NCBI GenBank assembly: GCA_026702755.1
Contig: JAPPBX010000049.1
Span: 12,057-76,056 of the forward strand
DNA length: 64,000 bases
Direction of reading: 5' to 3'
Source: Candidatus Poribacteria bacterium
GTDB taxonomy: Bacteria; Poribacteria; WGA-4E; WGA-3G
Shown here: positions 26,951 to 36,455 of the stretch, piece after piece
Numbering within the stretch: the first letter of the stretch is position 1
Layout: every line of letters starts with the position of its first letter
Program-made: the position numbers and the translations under genes
Notes under the pieces: generated by a model
The model's input: the letters and a program-made list of their open reading frames with translations, nothing else
What the model was told of the DNA's origin: nothing
Databases searched by the model: none

Positions 26951-27630
26951 CATGCCCTTAACCGCAGCATTTCGTTTCCTGTTTTCTGGAAATGGTACGG
27001 GACGCGTTCCACTGTGCAAATAATTCCGTCCTTTTCAAGCTCGTCAATAACGGGTGATAAGAAAGGCGAGGGGTTGCTGTTCACATCAACGATGGGGAAA
27101 ATTTTCACCTCGGCTCCGATGCGAAGTAACTCGCGTACAGCATCAAGATGGAATGCCAAATCTCTGTTTGCTGAGTAGAAAAAGAGGAGATGCGCGGAAA
27201 GCACGAGGTCGAAATGACCGTCGGGGAAAGGTAAATTGGGGAGTGATGCGTCTATATAGCGTCCTTGTCGCTTACCGCTCTCGAAATCTTGGCAGAACGC
27301 GTCCATCGCCTGCATTCTGACTTCTGCCAATTCATCAACAGACGAGAATTTTGTCCAGACGAATTTATCCCGATTTTGGCGGGCTTGTGCGATGACATCG
27401 TCGTAGGTTTCCTGGATGCGTTGACGCAATTCCGCCTCAGAATACCGATAAATTGGATCGACCGAGACTATCGGTGTCTTACGCTGGTACATCCGAAAAT
27501 TGAACGACGCGGGACCGTCGCCTATGCCAACAATGTCCCGCGCCAAGTCATCTTCGGAGAGGTTGAACATATCAAGGTATTCGTCATACGACCTACCCCA
27601 CGGCACGATGTCTTTGTAATGGAAATCCAC
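26947..27630 (-). CDS. putative SAM-dependent methyltransferase-like protein
   Basis: GTG start that overlaps the PhyH stop (translational coupling). Weak glycine-rich motif VGIGDGPASFNF. Confidence 0.4.
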   Translation of the reverse strand: MDFHYKDIVPWGRSYDEYLDMFNLSEDDLARDIVGIGDGPASFNFRMYQRKTPIVSVDPIYRYSEAELRQRIQETYDDVIAQARQNRDKFVWTKFSSVDELAEVRMQAMDAFCQDFESGKRQGRYIDASLPNLPFPDGHFDLVLSAHLLFFYSANRDLAFHLDAVRELLRIGAEVKIFPIVDVNSNPSPFLSPVIDELEKDGIICTVERVPYHFQKTGNEMLRLRAC

Positions 27631-28673
27631 TATTGCGCAGCCCCGGCATTGATTTCTTGTAGCACTGCCACTGCCCGCTGTGCCAATTCGGTTGTAGCGT
27701 CACGCTTGATTGCCCGGTTTAAATGTATGATGGCGCGTTCATCTCCATCTTTTGCCAACTCCAATGCTTCCTCAAACCCTTTGTTCCCGTAACTGAAATC
27801 TCTTGGCAGAACCGTCAGGTCGCGGTCTTTCCAATAATACTTCAGTTCATCGGACTCCCAATTGCGGTAGACATCTTCCCACTTAAGGGAGTTGAAGAGG
27901 TTCAGGTGCGGTTCAAGCATGTGCTCAGCGATGGGATCATCGACAGCCTGATAACGGTTGTCGAGCGATACACGCAGCCGATCCTCGGTCAAATTCGGTA
28001 GTGCCTTATGAATGGTCAAAGCAGGGAAGATGAGCGTGTCGCCGACTTCGTAGTTCGTGGAATGCCATTCACCTGACAATTCGTCCTCGTTGACGCACAG
28101 ACTGCCAGCACCGAGTGAAAAGTGGTGCTCCATGACCTTATTGACTTTATGCGAACCGGGTAGGACTGCCAAGCCTCCCAACTCTATCGGGCAATCTCCG
28201 ACAGGTGCCCAACAGGTATAGGTCTGAAAATTCCCTTGGAAGTGGACGAAGTCTTGGTGTATCGGTGTTGTATGTGCGGTGTACTTAGGAAACCAGAGGC
28301 GCGCAATTTTTTGCGGATGCGGCAGCACCTCTCTACCGATAATTTTCTCCACCATATCAACGACTTCGTGCCAGTGTCCGGAACGGTGAAACGCTTGTAA
28401 TTTATACACCGCGTGGTATACATCTGTGTATTCGGGATCGCCCTCGGTACACTGGGTGGAAATATCGGCGATGCCGTCCATTGGGTCGGTCCCGGCGACG
28501 AGCCAACCGCCTTCCTGCATTGTCGTTAGCATCTCTCGCCGCAACGCCCAGAGTTTGTCGGGATCTTGCAGCTTCTTGAAGAAGAGGTACCCTTCTTCCG
28601 AGATCCGGTGACGCAATTTTTCCGGATCATTCATCGCATCGTTTGATACGCGAAGTTCTTTCAAGGTTTCCAT
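27630..28673 (-). CDS. phytanoyl-CoA dioxygenase (PhyH) family oxygenase
   Basis: TPIHQDFVHFQG (HxD) and distal LPGSHK histidine. 347 aa. Confidence 0.8.
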   Translation of the reverse strand: METLKELRVSNDAMNDPEKLRHRISEEGYLFFKKLQDPDKLWALRREMLTTMQEGGWLVAGTDPMDGIADISTQCTEGDPEYTDVYHAVYKLQAFHRSGHWHEVVDMVEKIIGREVLPHPQKIARLWFPKYTAHTTPIHQDFVHFQGNFQTYTCWAPVGDCPIELGGLAVLPGSHKVNKVMEHHFSLGAGSLCVNEDELSGEWHSTNYEVGDTLIFPALTIHKALPNLTEDRLRVSLDNRYQAVDDPIAEHMLEPHLNLFNSLKWEDVYRNWESDELKYYWKDRDLTVLPRDFSYGNKGFEEALELAKDGDERAIIHLNRAIKRDATTELAQRAVAVLQEINAGAAQ

Positions 28674-28690
28674 CTGACTTCTCCTTGGAT

Positions 28691-29122
28691 CTACCCATGT
28701 TGGTGTCCATTCTGTGACGGAGGCGGTTCATTGAAAGGGATACCTTTCGCCTCGGCTGCGAGTCGGCGTTTATTCCAGGCGGAGATAACTTCATATACCT
28801 CTGCCCGCCCCTGCTCTATACCTTGTTCGATGCCTTGTTCTTTGGCTTTCTCAAGGCTTTGTGCGTGTTCAGCACGCCATTCGTTAAAACGTCTTAGCAT
28901 GATATCCACTCCTTCTTTGAAAATAATGAACGCAATTGCGACTCGATTAAAAACCGGCGACGTTGCGTCTAACTTTCTTAACATCTGCAGGACACCGTTC
29001 CATCCGACGACAAGTTCGTAGAGACATATTCCGATGATATAGAGAAGTCCTAACACCGTGTAAGTAATGATTGCACTTTCTGCGTCTCGGACGGTAAATA
29101 AGGATCCCCGTTTTTTTTCCAT
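28691..29122 (-). CDS. hypothetical single-pass membrane protein with EQGIEQGIEQG repeat
   Basis: Hydrophobic stretch ITYTVLGLLYIIGICLYELVV. No recognisable family. Confidence 0.4.
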   Translation of the reverse strand: MEKKRGSLFTVRDAESAIITYTVLGLLYIIGICLYELVVGWNGVLQMLRKLDATSPVFNRVAIAFIIFKEGVDIMLRRFNEWRAEHAQSLEKAKEQGIEQGIEQGRAEVYEVISAWNKRRLAAEAKGIPFNEPPPSQNGHQHG

Positions 29123-29222
29123 AGATCGGTTCTTTGTCTTTCTTCTTGGTTAGGTGGTAACTTTGGATATTTATAGTATAGCATATACGAAACGAGAAAT
29201 TCAATTTTTTAAGCTCTCCAAT

Positions 29223-30053
29223 TTATTTGCCTCTATTTTTCTGAAGCCAATCGACGGCGAAGTCAACGACGGAGCGTTGCGGCATGAGTTGGCACGCCGC
29301 GATGCTGACTTTGCCGTGTTGAACCACTTTTCCTGCATCAGATCGTATAAAATCCTTACCGAGGCGATCGAAATCTGAATCATCTACATCGATATCTTCA
29401 AAGGTAGTCCATGTCCTTGAACCCGCCTGTGAGATCGGGGCACCCTCCCGGACGACGCGTTTGGTTGGGAAGTCCGCTCGGTATTCCGCGAGATGTATGG
29501 ATGTATTGCTCGAATGATCGACACCGAGGAGCAGGACAAAACCGTGCAAGTCATAGATTCTGGCAAGCGGTGAGTGTTCACCAAAGCCATAAGCTAAAGA
29601 GTGGTTATTTACGATGGATGATGCTTGAGGACCGCGTGCACAAAATGAACTCTGTGGATGTGCGCTGCGGAGAACGTCTTTTTGTTTTCGGAACGTTTCG
29701 GCAATTTTGCCCATTGAACGGGTTGGCGTTAAATCAGGATCGTAGGCAGGCATCGTCTCGCGTATTGTCTGCCACCACGATTCGGGGACAGGCGGATTTT
29801 CCCATTGGCTTGGGTCGCTGAGGTCGGTCGAGTGGGTCGGCATTACAAGCGTTCCTGTTTCTCCCAAAACCTCCTGAAGCGCGATGATCACAGCAACAGC
29901 ACCACCACAGACCCATCCCATTGCGCTCAAAGACGAATGAACGAGTAAGACCATCCCCTTTTCAATACCGAGTGCCTTAAAATCCGCCTGCAGTGATTCT
30001 ACTGTAGCGAGTGTTTCCGTCTTTTGAACCACTTGACCTTCAGGCATTGTCAA
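29223..30053 (-). CDS. aminoglycoside N3-acetyltransferase (AAC(3)) family protein
   Basis: LLVHSSLSAMGWVCGGAVAVIIAL...TLVMPTHS...PPVPESWW...RSAHPQSSFCARGP matches conserved blocks of the AAC(3)/Antibiotic_NAT family. Confidence 0.8.
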   Translation of the reverse strand: MTMPEGQVVQKTETLATVESLQADFKALGIEKGMVLLVHSSLSAMGWVCGGAVAVIIALQEVLGETGTLVMPTHSTDLSDPSQWENPPVPESWWQTIRETMPAYDPDLTPTRSMGKIAETFRKQKDVLRSAHPQSSFCARGPQASSIVNNHSLAYGFGEHSPLARIYDLHGFVLLLGVDHSSNTSIHLAEYRADFPTKRVVREGAPISQAGSRTWTTFEDIDVDDSDFDRLGKDFIRSDAGKVVQHGKVSIAACQLMPQRSVVDFAVDWLQKNRGK

Positions 30054-30259
30054 CTATCTCCGTCTTTTGATTTTCTCAGTTTCATTGCTGCATCACTGAT
30101 CTCCTCCATGCTCTTTTCAACCCACAGTTTCCTCTGCCATTTGGTGTAATCAAACCGAGAACGCATAACCAACGCAATGAACTTTTCAGCCTGGATGTCA
30201 CCCAAAGCTTCCGTAAGAGCCTTTAAGCCTTCTACTTTGAGTTGTTCATCTGTTACCAT
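30050..30259 (-). CDS. small hypothetical protein (about 69 aa); stop overlaps the AAC(3) start
   Basis: 4-bp overlap suggests co-translation. ATG at 30259. Confidence 0.35.
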   Translation of the reverse strand: MVTDEQLKVEGLKALTEALGDIQAEKFIALVMRSRFDYTKWQRKLWVEKSMEEISDAAMKLRKSKDGDS

Positions 30260-30466
30260 GGAATATACTCCTACTCTAACACAAGCCACCTATTTACTTA
30301 CATAGCACTCCGCTGGAGTGCAGGACGTTGATATACCTTTTTCTATTCTCACTGCGAAGCAATTCCACCCCTCTGGGGTGAGGAAAGTGTCTGAAAAACT
30401 GTGTTGAAACGCTCAAAATCCGTTAGTAGCAACTTGGGTTACTCTAATAGAACATTCTCAAGCATT

Positions 30467-31288
30467 TTATTTCTTGCCTATTGCAAGGATATGCGAACTC
30501 ATACCGAGTATTGACGGCTCCGCTTCAACTTTCCGAATTAAATCTAAAACTACAGCGCGCTGGTCAGGGTCTGCCCAATAACTTTCAACCGACCTAAAAA
30601 GCCACGTTGGTCCTTGTACAGCAAGTGTTGTCTGATGCTGGAAACCTGCTTCGACCACTTCAGAACCGAGTTCTTCTGGCCGGTGAAGATATGCATCTGT
30701 AAAGTACTTAAGGTCCTCGGTTAGGTTGCGATGGTAACCCGTTTCAAGGTCGTTTTGAACAATATCCATGTGAACAGGATTTCCAAATCGATCCTCGAAA
30801 AAACTGTGGAGCATAGACGCAAACCGTGAGATACCGGCGGCAAGCATAACCCCACCCTCTCTTAAGACACGATACGCTTCTCTCAGTGCAAGCAGCCGTT
30901 CACTTTTATCAATTAGATGATAGAGGGGTCCCAACAACAGAACAGCGTCCGCAGACATTGATGAAAAACGTAACTCACGCGCGTCACCGAGTGACACACT
31001 GGCAATCGGGTGTTCTGACTGTTGATTGGAGGCTTCTTTCGCTTGCTCAATATGTAAATCCACAGGGTCCACGAGGTGAACCTCATAGTCCGCCTGTGCC
31101 AACCAACAGGCGTATGGACCAGAACCGCCACCGATGTCTAAAACAACAGCGGGGGGATCGGATAAATAGCGGGTGATAATTTCTTGTGTCCTCGTAAATT
31201 CTATCTGTCCTTGGACGCTACTTGTAAGTCTTTTCGATTCTTGTGTCTGTCTATAGAACGAAAGAATCTCATCTGAAAATTGATACAA
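30467..31288 (-). CDS. class I SAM-dependent methyltransferase
   Basis: Motif I VVLDIGGGSGPYACWLA. Acidic post-I residue in HLVDPVD. Confidence 0.75.
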   Translation of the reverse strand: MYQFSDEILSFYRQTQESKRLTSSVQGQIEFTRTQEIITRYLSDPPAVVLDIGGGSGPYACWLAQADYEVHLVDPVDLHIEQAKEASNQQSEHPIASVSLGDARELRFSSMSADAVLLLGPLYHLIDKSERLLALREAYRVLREGGVMLAAGISRFASMLHSFFEDRFGNPVHMDIVQNDLETGYHRNLTEDLKYFTDAYLHRPEELGSEVVEAGFQHQTTLAVQGPTWLFRSVESYWADPDQRAVVLDLIRKVEAEPSILGMSSHILAIGKK

Positions 31289-31295
31289 CCAAGAA

Positions 31296-31330
31296 ACCCC
31301 CTAAATCCCCCTTATCAGGGGGACTTGCAA
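31296..31330. repeat. short copy of repeat family 2
   Basis: AACCCCCTAAATCCCCCTTATCAGGGGGACTTGCAA. Confidence 0.55.
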
Positions 31331-31346
31331 TATATTCCGAAACTGG

Positions 31347-32105
31347 TTATCGGGTCTGCTTCACCCATGCCCACGTTATCGCCAACTTATCTTCAGGGTC
31401 AACGGAAAGTGGTTCGAGGTCAAGGGCGTTGGTGACATCAAGGTAATTCGGCTTTCCAAATCCACCCTTGCCATCATTTCCGTTTTTGGTATTATCGCTG
31501 GCATCACCTTCATCGAAAGTGTAGTGTGCGTTCAGACCCTTTTCATCGCCGTTGAGTACCTTCATCATGAATTCATTAATCTCTTCTTCGGTCCGAGCGA
31601 CTTCCCAGATACGGATTTCATCAATGGCTCCTGTACAGAACCAATTTTGACTATCACCGACACCGATATAGAGCGAAGCGTCGGTTGCTGCTAATTCCTT
31701 TGCCTCAAAAGGTAAGGCACCCTTTTCTTCTCCATCAATATATGTGCGCATCTCTTTACCGTCCCAGACACCAGCGACATGCTGCCATTCATTCGGCTTC
31801 AATCCAGGGACATCAAGGATCTTCGTGCCGGGCCAGAGGACAAATCGCAATCCGTTTCCATTTTGGACGATCTCTGGAAAGATGTAATCCCTTTTGCCGC
31901 CCCAATCCTTCGCGAGGCACTCACCAACGGGTTTGCTCATGTTCATCCACGCTTCTATGGTTATCGCGTTTTTGGGATTTAGACTGTCACTGTTTGGAAC
32001 TTCGATAGCCGTTTTGCCATCTAATTCCAATGCCAGATTTTTTGCCCAAAGTGTGCCAGGCATTACCAGCCCAATAATGAGGATCAGAAAAAATAGAACT
32101 TTCAT
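31347..32105 (-). CDS. secreted concanavalin A-like lectin / LamG-domain protein
   Basis: Signal peptide. LALELDG...AITIEAWM...WQHVAGVWDGKEMRTYIDGE pattern typical of LamG-fold domains. Confidence 0.55.
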   Translation of the reverse strand: MKVLFFLILIIGLVMPGTLWAKNLALELDGKTAIEVPNSDSLNPKNAITIEAWMNMSKPVGECLAKDWGGKRDYIFPEIVQNGNGLRFVLWPGTKILDVPGLKPNEWQHVAGVWDGKEMRTYIDGEEKGALPFEAKELAATDASLYIGVGDSQNWFCTGAIDEIRIWEVARTEEEINEFMMKVLNGDEKGLNAHYTFDEGDASDNTKNGNDGKGGFGKPNYLDVTNALDLEPLSVDPEDKLAITWAWVKQTR

Positions 32106-32119
32106 GATTTGTTTCTCCT

Positions 32120-33016
32120 CTATGATGCCAGATCGTCAAGCATCTGACGGATGTTGTGTTCACCACTATCAATAAATAGCGGTGCTAAAGGACCTCTACC
32201 GTGTAAGGTTTGAAGTAAGGTATCAATCTGTATCATACGCTGTTGCGGCGTGCGGCATCTGAGCCACTTTTGAACAAATTCACGCGCCGGTCTTGGGTTA
32301 CCCGTTCTCAGTGAACGGACACTTTTACGCCACGTCTGCCATCTGAAGGTATATTCACAATTTGGACATTCGAGTTTCTCATCTTTCTTTTTTAAACTCT
32401 TGCGATAATCTCGCCACCGGCGTTTGTAGCCGCAGGCTGTACATTCGATATTGCCGTGCTGATGAAGCGCAACTGCTTGACACTTCGGACATTGCAACTC
32501 AGGACTGGATTTCCGCATTCTGACAGTGCGTTCCATTGCGGGTGGATCTGGTCTACGGACAAGGTTAAGGCAGTGCGGACAGGGTAAAAGGACACGGGTT
32601 CTCACCGATTGATTGTAGGCTTCCTTGGACCATGTTTTACCACAGGCACATCGCAACCCAACTTCTTTGTATAGAACAGCGCAACAGTCAAAACATCGGG
32701 GGGTGTCTCGGAGTGCTTGACGGCAGTCGCGCCAGAGGAGCCGTCCGGTGCAGTGGGGGCAGTGGAACCAGTGTTCGTGCGTTCCACCTTCGCCAGAACT
32801 AAAGAGCGGATCAATCCGACGTGTAATCTTCGTGCTGCATTGTGGACAAGGCACACGCCCGCCTCGATAAACATCAGCAACTGTAGCGATGTCCGTACAC
32901 CGTGCGTAAAGTTCCCAACCGACATCGTGTAGTAGCAAATCATCATAGATACCGAGCCGAGCATATCGGTAAAGTTGGCGGATTTTGATGGGTTTTACGC
33001 GGGGTGACCAATTCAT
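32120..33016 (-). CDS. cysteine-rich multi-zinc-ribbon protein, 298 aa, unknown function
   Basis: Six or more CxxC pairs (CPQC, CPHC, CDCC, CPHC, CPKC, CTAC, CPNC), arranged as serial zinc ribbons. No catalytic motif recognised. Confidence 0.55.
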   Translation of the reverse strand: MNWSPRVKPIKIRQLYRYARLGIYDDLLLHDVGWELYARCTDIATVADVYRGGRVPCPQCSTKITRRIDPLFSSGEGGTHEHWFHCPHCTGRLLWRDCRQALRDTPRCFDCCAVLYKEVGLRCACGKTWSKEAYNQSVRTRVLLPCPHCLNLVRRPDPPAMERTVRMRKSSPELQCPKCQAVALHQHGNIECTACGYKRRWRDYRKSLKKKDEKLECPNCEYTFRWQTWRKSVRSLRTGNPRPAREFVQKWLRCRTPQQRMIQIDTLLQTLHGRGPLAPLFIDSGEHNIRQMLDDLAS

Positions 33017-33039
33017 ACGGGTTTCCTTTGAATTTCGAC

Positions 33040-33240
33040 TTACGAGATCAGTGTGGCGTACTTCATCGCCTCTTGGACATCAGCAGCCTCCAATTCCGGA
33101 TAATCCTCAATAACCTCCTCAACTGACCGACCGTTGGCTAATAATTTGAGAATTACGCTGACCGTGATTCGGGTGCCTCGAATTACAGGTTGCCCAAGAC
33201 AAATCTTTGGATTAATTTGAATTCGATTCAGTTTTTCCAT
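33040..33240 (-). CDS. DUF433 family protein (antitoxin-like)
   Basis: Hallmark ICLGQPVIRGTRITV. ATG at 33240, or GTG at 33252 overlapping the upstream stop. Confidence 0.7.
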   Translation of the reverse strand: MEKLNRIQINPKICLGQPVIRGTRITVSVILKLLANGRSVEEVIEDYPELEAADVQEAMKYATLIS

Positions 33241-33251
33241 TTCTATCTCCA

Positions 33252-33458
33252 CTAAACTACGGCTAACAACGCCTCAAGATGTTCTTCAGGCACCGACAGC
33301 CCATCTTCTTTAAGGGCAACAATATATCCTTCAATTGCTTCTCTGATATTACTGACAACTTCTTGCTTTGTTTCAGCTTGACTGATACAACCGGGTAAAC
33401 TGGGGCATTCAGCAACCCAATACCCATCTTCACCCGGATAAATAACTACTTGTCTCAT
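33252..33458 (-). CDS. HicB-like / UPF0150 family antitoxin-like protein
   Basis: YWVAECPSLPGCISQAETKQE...NIREAIE matches the HicB/UPF0150 N-terminal fold signature. Confidence 0.6.
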   Translation of the reverse strand: MRQVVIYPGEDGYWVAECPSLPGCISQAETKQEVVSNIREAIEGYIVALKEDGLSVPEEHLEALLAVV

Positions 33459-33544
33459 TTTTTACCTCCAATACAAAGGCTTTGCTCAAGAACCAAGGTT
33501 GCGAAAAACTATGGTGGATTTTAGAATTACCGATGCACCGCCAG

Positions 33545-33630
33545 TCGATGTTTGACCTCCAGTGCGGTTGCAAACCGCACCTACCAGATTTGGGGTGTGG
33601 TTGCAAACCGCATCTGCCAGATTTGGGGTT
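33545..33630. repeat. two tandem copies of the CGGTTGCAAACCGCAYCTRCCAGATTTGGGG module (repeat family 1 end module)
   Basis: GCGGTTGCAAACCGCACCTACCAGATTTGGGGTG, then TGGTTGCAAACCGCATCTGCCAGATTTGGGGTTG. Confidence 0.6.
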
Positions 33631-33635
33631 GTAGG

Positions 33636-34655
33636 TTACGCGGAAATTTGAACGACTTCTCCGGTTTCGATGCTACGGCTAATCGCTTCTAAGACGCGCA
33701 TGTTCTGGTAGGAATCTTCGAGACTTGAGTGTGGCTGCGTTCCCGCTTGCAGCGACTGTGCCCAATGTTGCATCTCTTCGAGATAACCGGGTCTGCCAAT
33801 ACCGTGATATGCGGTATTGAGGGTCCATTCTTCAGTTGGTGTATCGGCATAACCACCACCTTCGCCGAGCCATGTCGGCATACGGTAACGGCGCAACTTG
33901 CGTGTCTCCAATACCTGAATCGCCTGATTTCCGGTACCTTTGATAAAAACCATTGCTTCTAAAACCGGACCGGTGCCGAGCGTCATCGTGCCGATACCAC
34001 CGTTCGCGTAACGCAGATTCACGGACATGGAGACAGTACTCGATGCGGCCTCAACTGTACCCATTGCGAAAACCTCGCTGACCTGTCCCATAAAGAAACG
34101 CATACAATCGGTCGGATGGATCACCTGATCAAGCATGAAGGGCCATGCAAAGGGGGATCCCGCTTCGTTTAGACGGGGACCTGGTGCGAGATACCGGGTA
34201 TGATATTGGCACGGTATACCGAACTCATCTTCGTCCATCAACTGCTTAGCGATCCGATTCGCCGGGGCATGTCGCCACATGGTGCCGACCATACCTGTTT
34301 TACCGCTCTCAATAGAGGCATCAACCAACATCTTCGCGCCTTCAGCGGTGGTCGCGGGCGGCTTCTCGGTATAAATATGATACCCCTCTCGGAGGCACTC
34401 AATACCGATGTCGCGATGTAATTTATCCTCTGGTCTGCCGACAACAGCCACAGCATAGAGGTCTTCATTTTTGAACATCTCATTGTAATCGGTGTAATGA
34501 CGGAGTGCGCCAAACCTACGGGCGTTTGATGCTGCCTTCTCCTCAACGAGATCACAGGTGGCTACGAATTCAAATTCTGGTACCATCGGTATACACTGTT
34601 GTAATTGCGACGACATACCACCACAACCAATAAAAGCAATTCGGATTTTATCCAT
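33636..34655 (-). CDS. Gfo/Idh/MocA family NAD(P)-dependent oxidoreductase
   Basis: N-terminal IRIAFIGCGGMSS Rossmann fold. EKP motif ...YTEKPPA. Confidence 0.85.
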   Translation of the reverse strand: MDKIRIAFIGCGGMSSQLQQCIPMVPEFEFVATCDLVEEKAASNARRFGALRHYTDYNEMFKNEDLYAVAVVGRPEDKLHRDIGIECLREGYHIYTEKPPATTAEGAKMLVDASIESGKTGMVGTMWRHAPANRIAKQLMDEDEFGIPCQYHTRYLAPGPRLNEAGSPFAWPFMLDQVIHPTDCMRFFMGQVSEVFAMGTVEAASSTVSMSVNLRYANGGIGTMTLGTGPVLEAMVFIKGTGNQAIQVLETRKLRRYRMPTWLGEGGGYADTPTEEWTLNTAYHGIGRPGYLEEMQHWAQSLQAGTQPHSSLEDSYQNMRVLEAISRSIETGEVVQISA

Positions 34656-34726
34656 AAGGTATTCTCCAATTCGTGTTTAGTAGGACTTACGCAATTTTCT
34701 ATGAATCCTATATATTACGTGCAGCT

Positions 34727-34790
34727 GGCGAGGTTACAAACCTCGCCAGCGAAGGGGCTGCGTAACTCGTGTTTAGGTGAGGTCCCTATT
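34727..34790. repeat. repeat family 3 copy
   Basis: GGCGAGGTTACAAACCTCGCCAGCGAAGGGGCTGCG. Confidence 0.55.
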
Positions 34791-35352
34791 CAAAAAGTTG
34801 TGCAACCGGACAGGAAAATCCTGGCACGACATCCTCACCAGTAAGTGTGTCCGCACCCGTAAACACCTTAATGTCTGTTTCAGAACGATATACTGTTACT
34901 GTTTTCATGACAGATTCAACAACCCATACCATTTGAGTTCCTGCCTCCAGATAAGCTTGTACCTTTTCAGTGACACGCCACTGAACATCTGTTGGTGAGA
35001 TGACTTCAACAGCAAAATCCGGTGGCATTGGAGATCCTTTACTCTCATCTTCAGGTAGGCGCGCGGTTGAAATAAACGCGACATCCGGTTTCATTCCGCG
35101 TTCTCCGACTTTAAATCCTGCTTCTACATACACATCCCCTAACTGATTTTCACTTACGTGTGTAAATAAATAGTGGGTGATTCTCGCACTAATTTTACCA
35201 TGTCCTAATGACGGAGACGACATCGGCACTAATTCTCCTTTAACGTATTCATACCCCTCTATATCGCGTGCCAGAAATTCCTCCACTGTCATCGTAGTAG
35301 GTTCGGGCGGGTATATTTCTTGCGCGACTTCTGAAACTTCCTGTAAATCCAT
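34786..35352 (-). CDS. Uma2 family (DUF820) PD-(D/E)xK endonuclease-like protein
   Basis: TVEEFLARD...YEYVKGELV...PDVAFIS pattern. GGAGGA ribosome-binding site. Confidence 0.7.
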   Translation of the reverse strand: MDLQEVSEVAQEIYPPEPTTMTVEEFLARDIEGYEYVKGELVPMSSPSLGHGKISARITHYLFTHVSENQLGDVYVEAGFKVGERGMKPDVAFISTARLPEDESKGSPMPPDFAVEVISPTDVQWRVTEKVQAYLEAGTQMVWVVESVMKTVTVYRSETDIKVFTGADTLTGEDVVPGFSCPVAQLFE

Positions 35353-35372
35353 TTTCCGTTCCTCCTTACGGA

Positions 35373-36092
35373 CTATGTTATCCCCAACAAGTCTGCCAGC
35401 TCGTTAAAATCGTTGGCGACGAGGTCAGAGGGGTGCGCGTTTACGCCTTGAACTCCACCAGGTCCATATTCTAAAGGACGCGGCACCAGGGCAGTTTGAA
35501 AACCGACCGCCTGTGAGGCTCGAAGATCACCAGGGTGTGCGGCTACCATCATAACTTCACCGGGGGACAAACCAAGCAGGGAAGCGGCGGTTTGGTAAAC
35601 TTCGGGATCCGGTTTGTAATGCCCTGTTAATTCGGCAGACAGGATACAATCCCACGGCAGTCCCCCAAATTTCGCCATGTTGGTCAGCAAGGCAACGTTG
35701 CCGTTAGAGAGTGTGGCGACGATATACTGCTTGCGGAGCCGTCTCAAACCGCTGACTGCATCGGGCCACGGTTTGAGCCGATGCCAGACCCGATTCAGAT
35801 GATCTTTATCGGTTTCGCTTAAGCCGACGATTTCAAATTCGTCAAGAAGACTATCTAAAATAAGTCGATGTAGTGCGTCAATGTTTTGCCACGGCAATTC
35901 GCCACGTCGGACCCTATCCATCGCGGGACCGTATCCAGAGCGCCATTTCAAGGCGAATTGCGCCCAATCAATATCAATACCGTGGATATTTCCAAATTCT
36001 TCACCTTCGGCAACAATTGAACCGTACCAATCTACAACCGTGCCAAACACATCAAAGGTGAGTGCTTTGATTTTGGAATGCTCGCTTTGCAT
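35373..36092 (-). CDS. HAD superfamily hydrolase, haloacid dehalogenase type II-like
   Basis: LTFDVFGTVVDW motif I (DxFGT). Confidence 0.8.
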   Translation of the reverse strand: MQSEHSKIKALTFDVFGTVVDWYGSIVAEGEEFGNIHGIDIDWAQFALKWRSGYGPAMDRVRRGELPWQNIDALHRLILDSLLDEFEIVGLSETDKDHLNRVWHRLKPWPDAVSGLRRLRKQYIVATLSNGNVALLTNMAKFGGLPWDCILSAELTGHYKPDPEVYQTAASLLGLSPGEVMMVAAHPGDLRASQAVGFQTALVPRPLEYGPGGVQGVNAHPSDLVANDFNELADLLGIT

Positions 36093-36455
36093 CGTCCTAT
36101 CCCTTTCTGTCGTTCAAAATTTACCAAGAAGAATAGGTTCATTTCCTTTTCAGTTCATGTCACATCATACACCAATTCAGCTCAATTGTCCATTGAATTG
36201 TTTTCTCTATTCCTTTGGACCCATTCACTGAAAATTGTTGAGGATCCGCACGGTTTTGTAGCGTATCCTGTTAGGTTGCGCACCCTTAGGCACAGACTAA
36301 CAGTCTATGCTACAAAAATGGCGACTTGCGTTACTTTAGTAAGATGTGAAGATTGACGCTATCATAGAAGCGTCCGTAAAAAAAAGCACTCTGACGTGAA
36401 GTCGGACGCCAGAGTGCAAAGAGGGTTATATGTTTAGAACCTAAGGACCTATATC

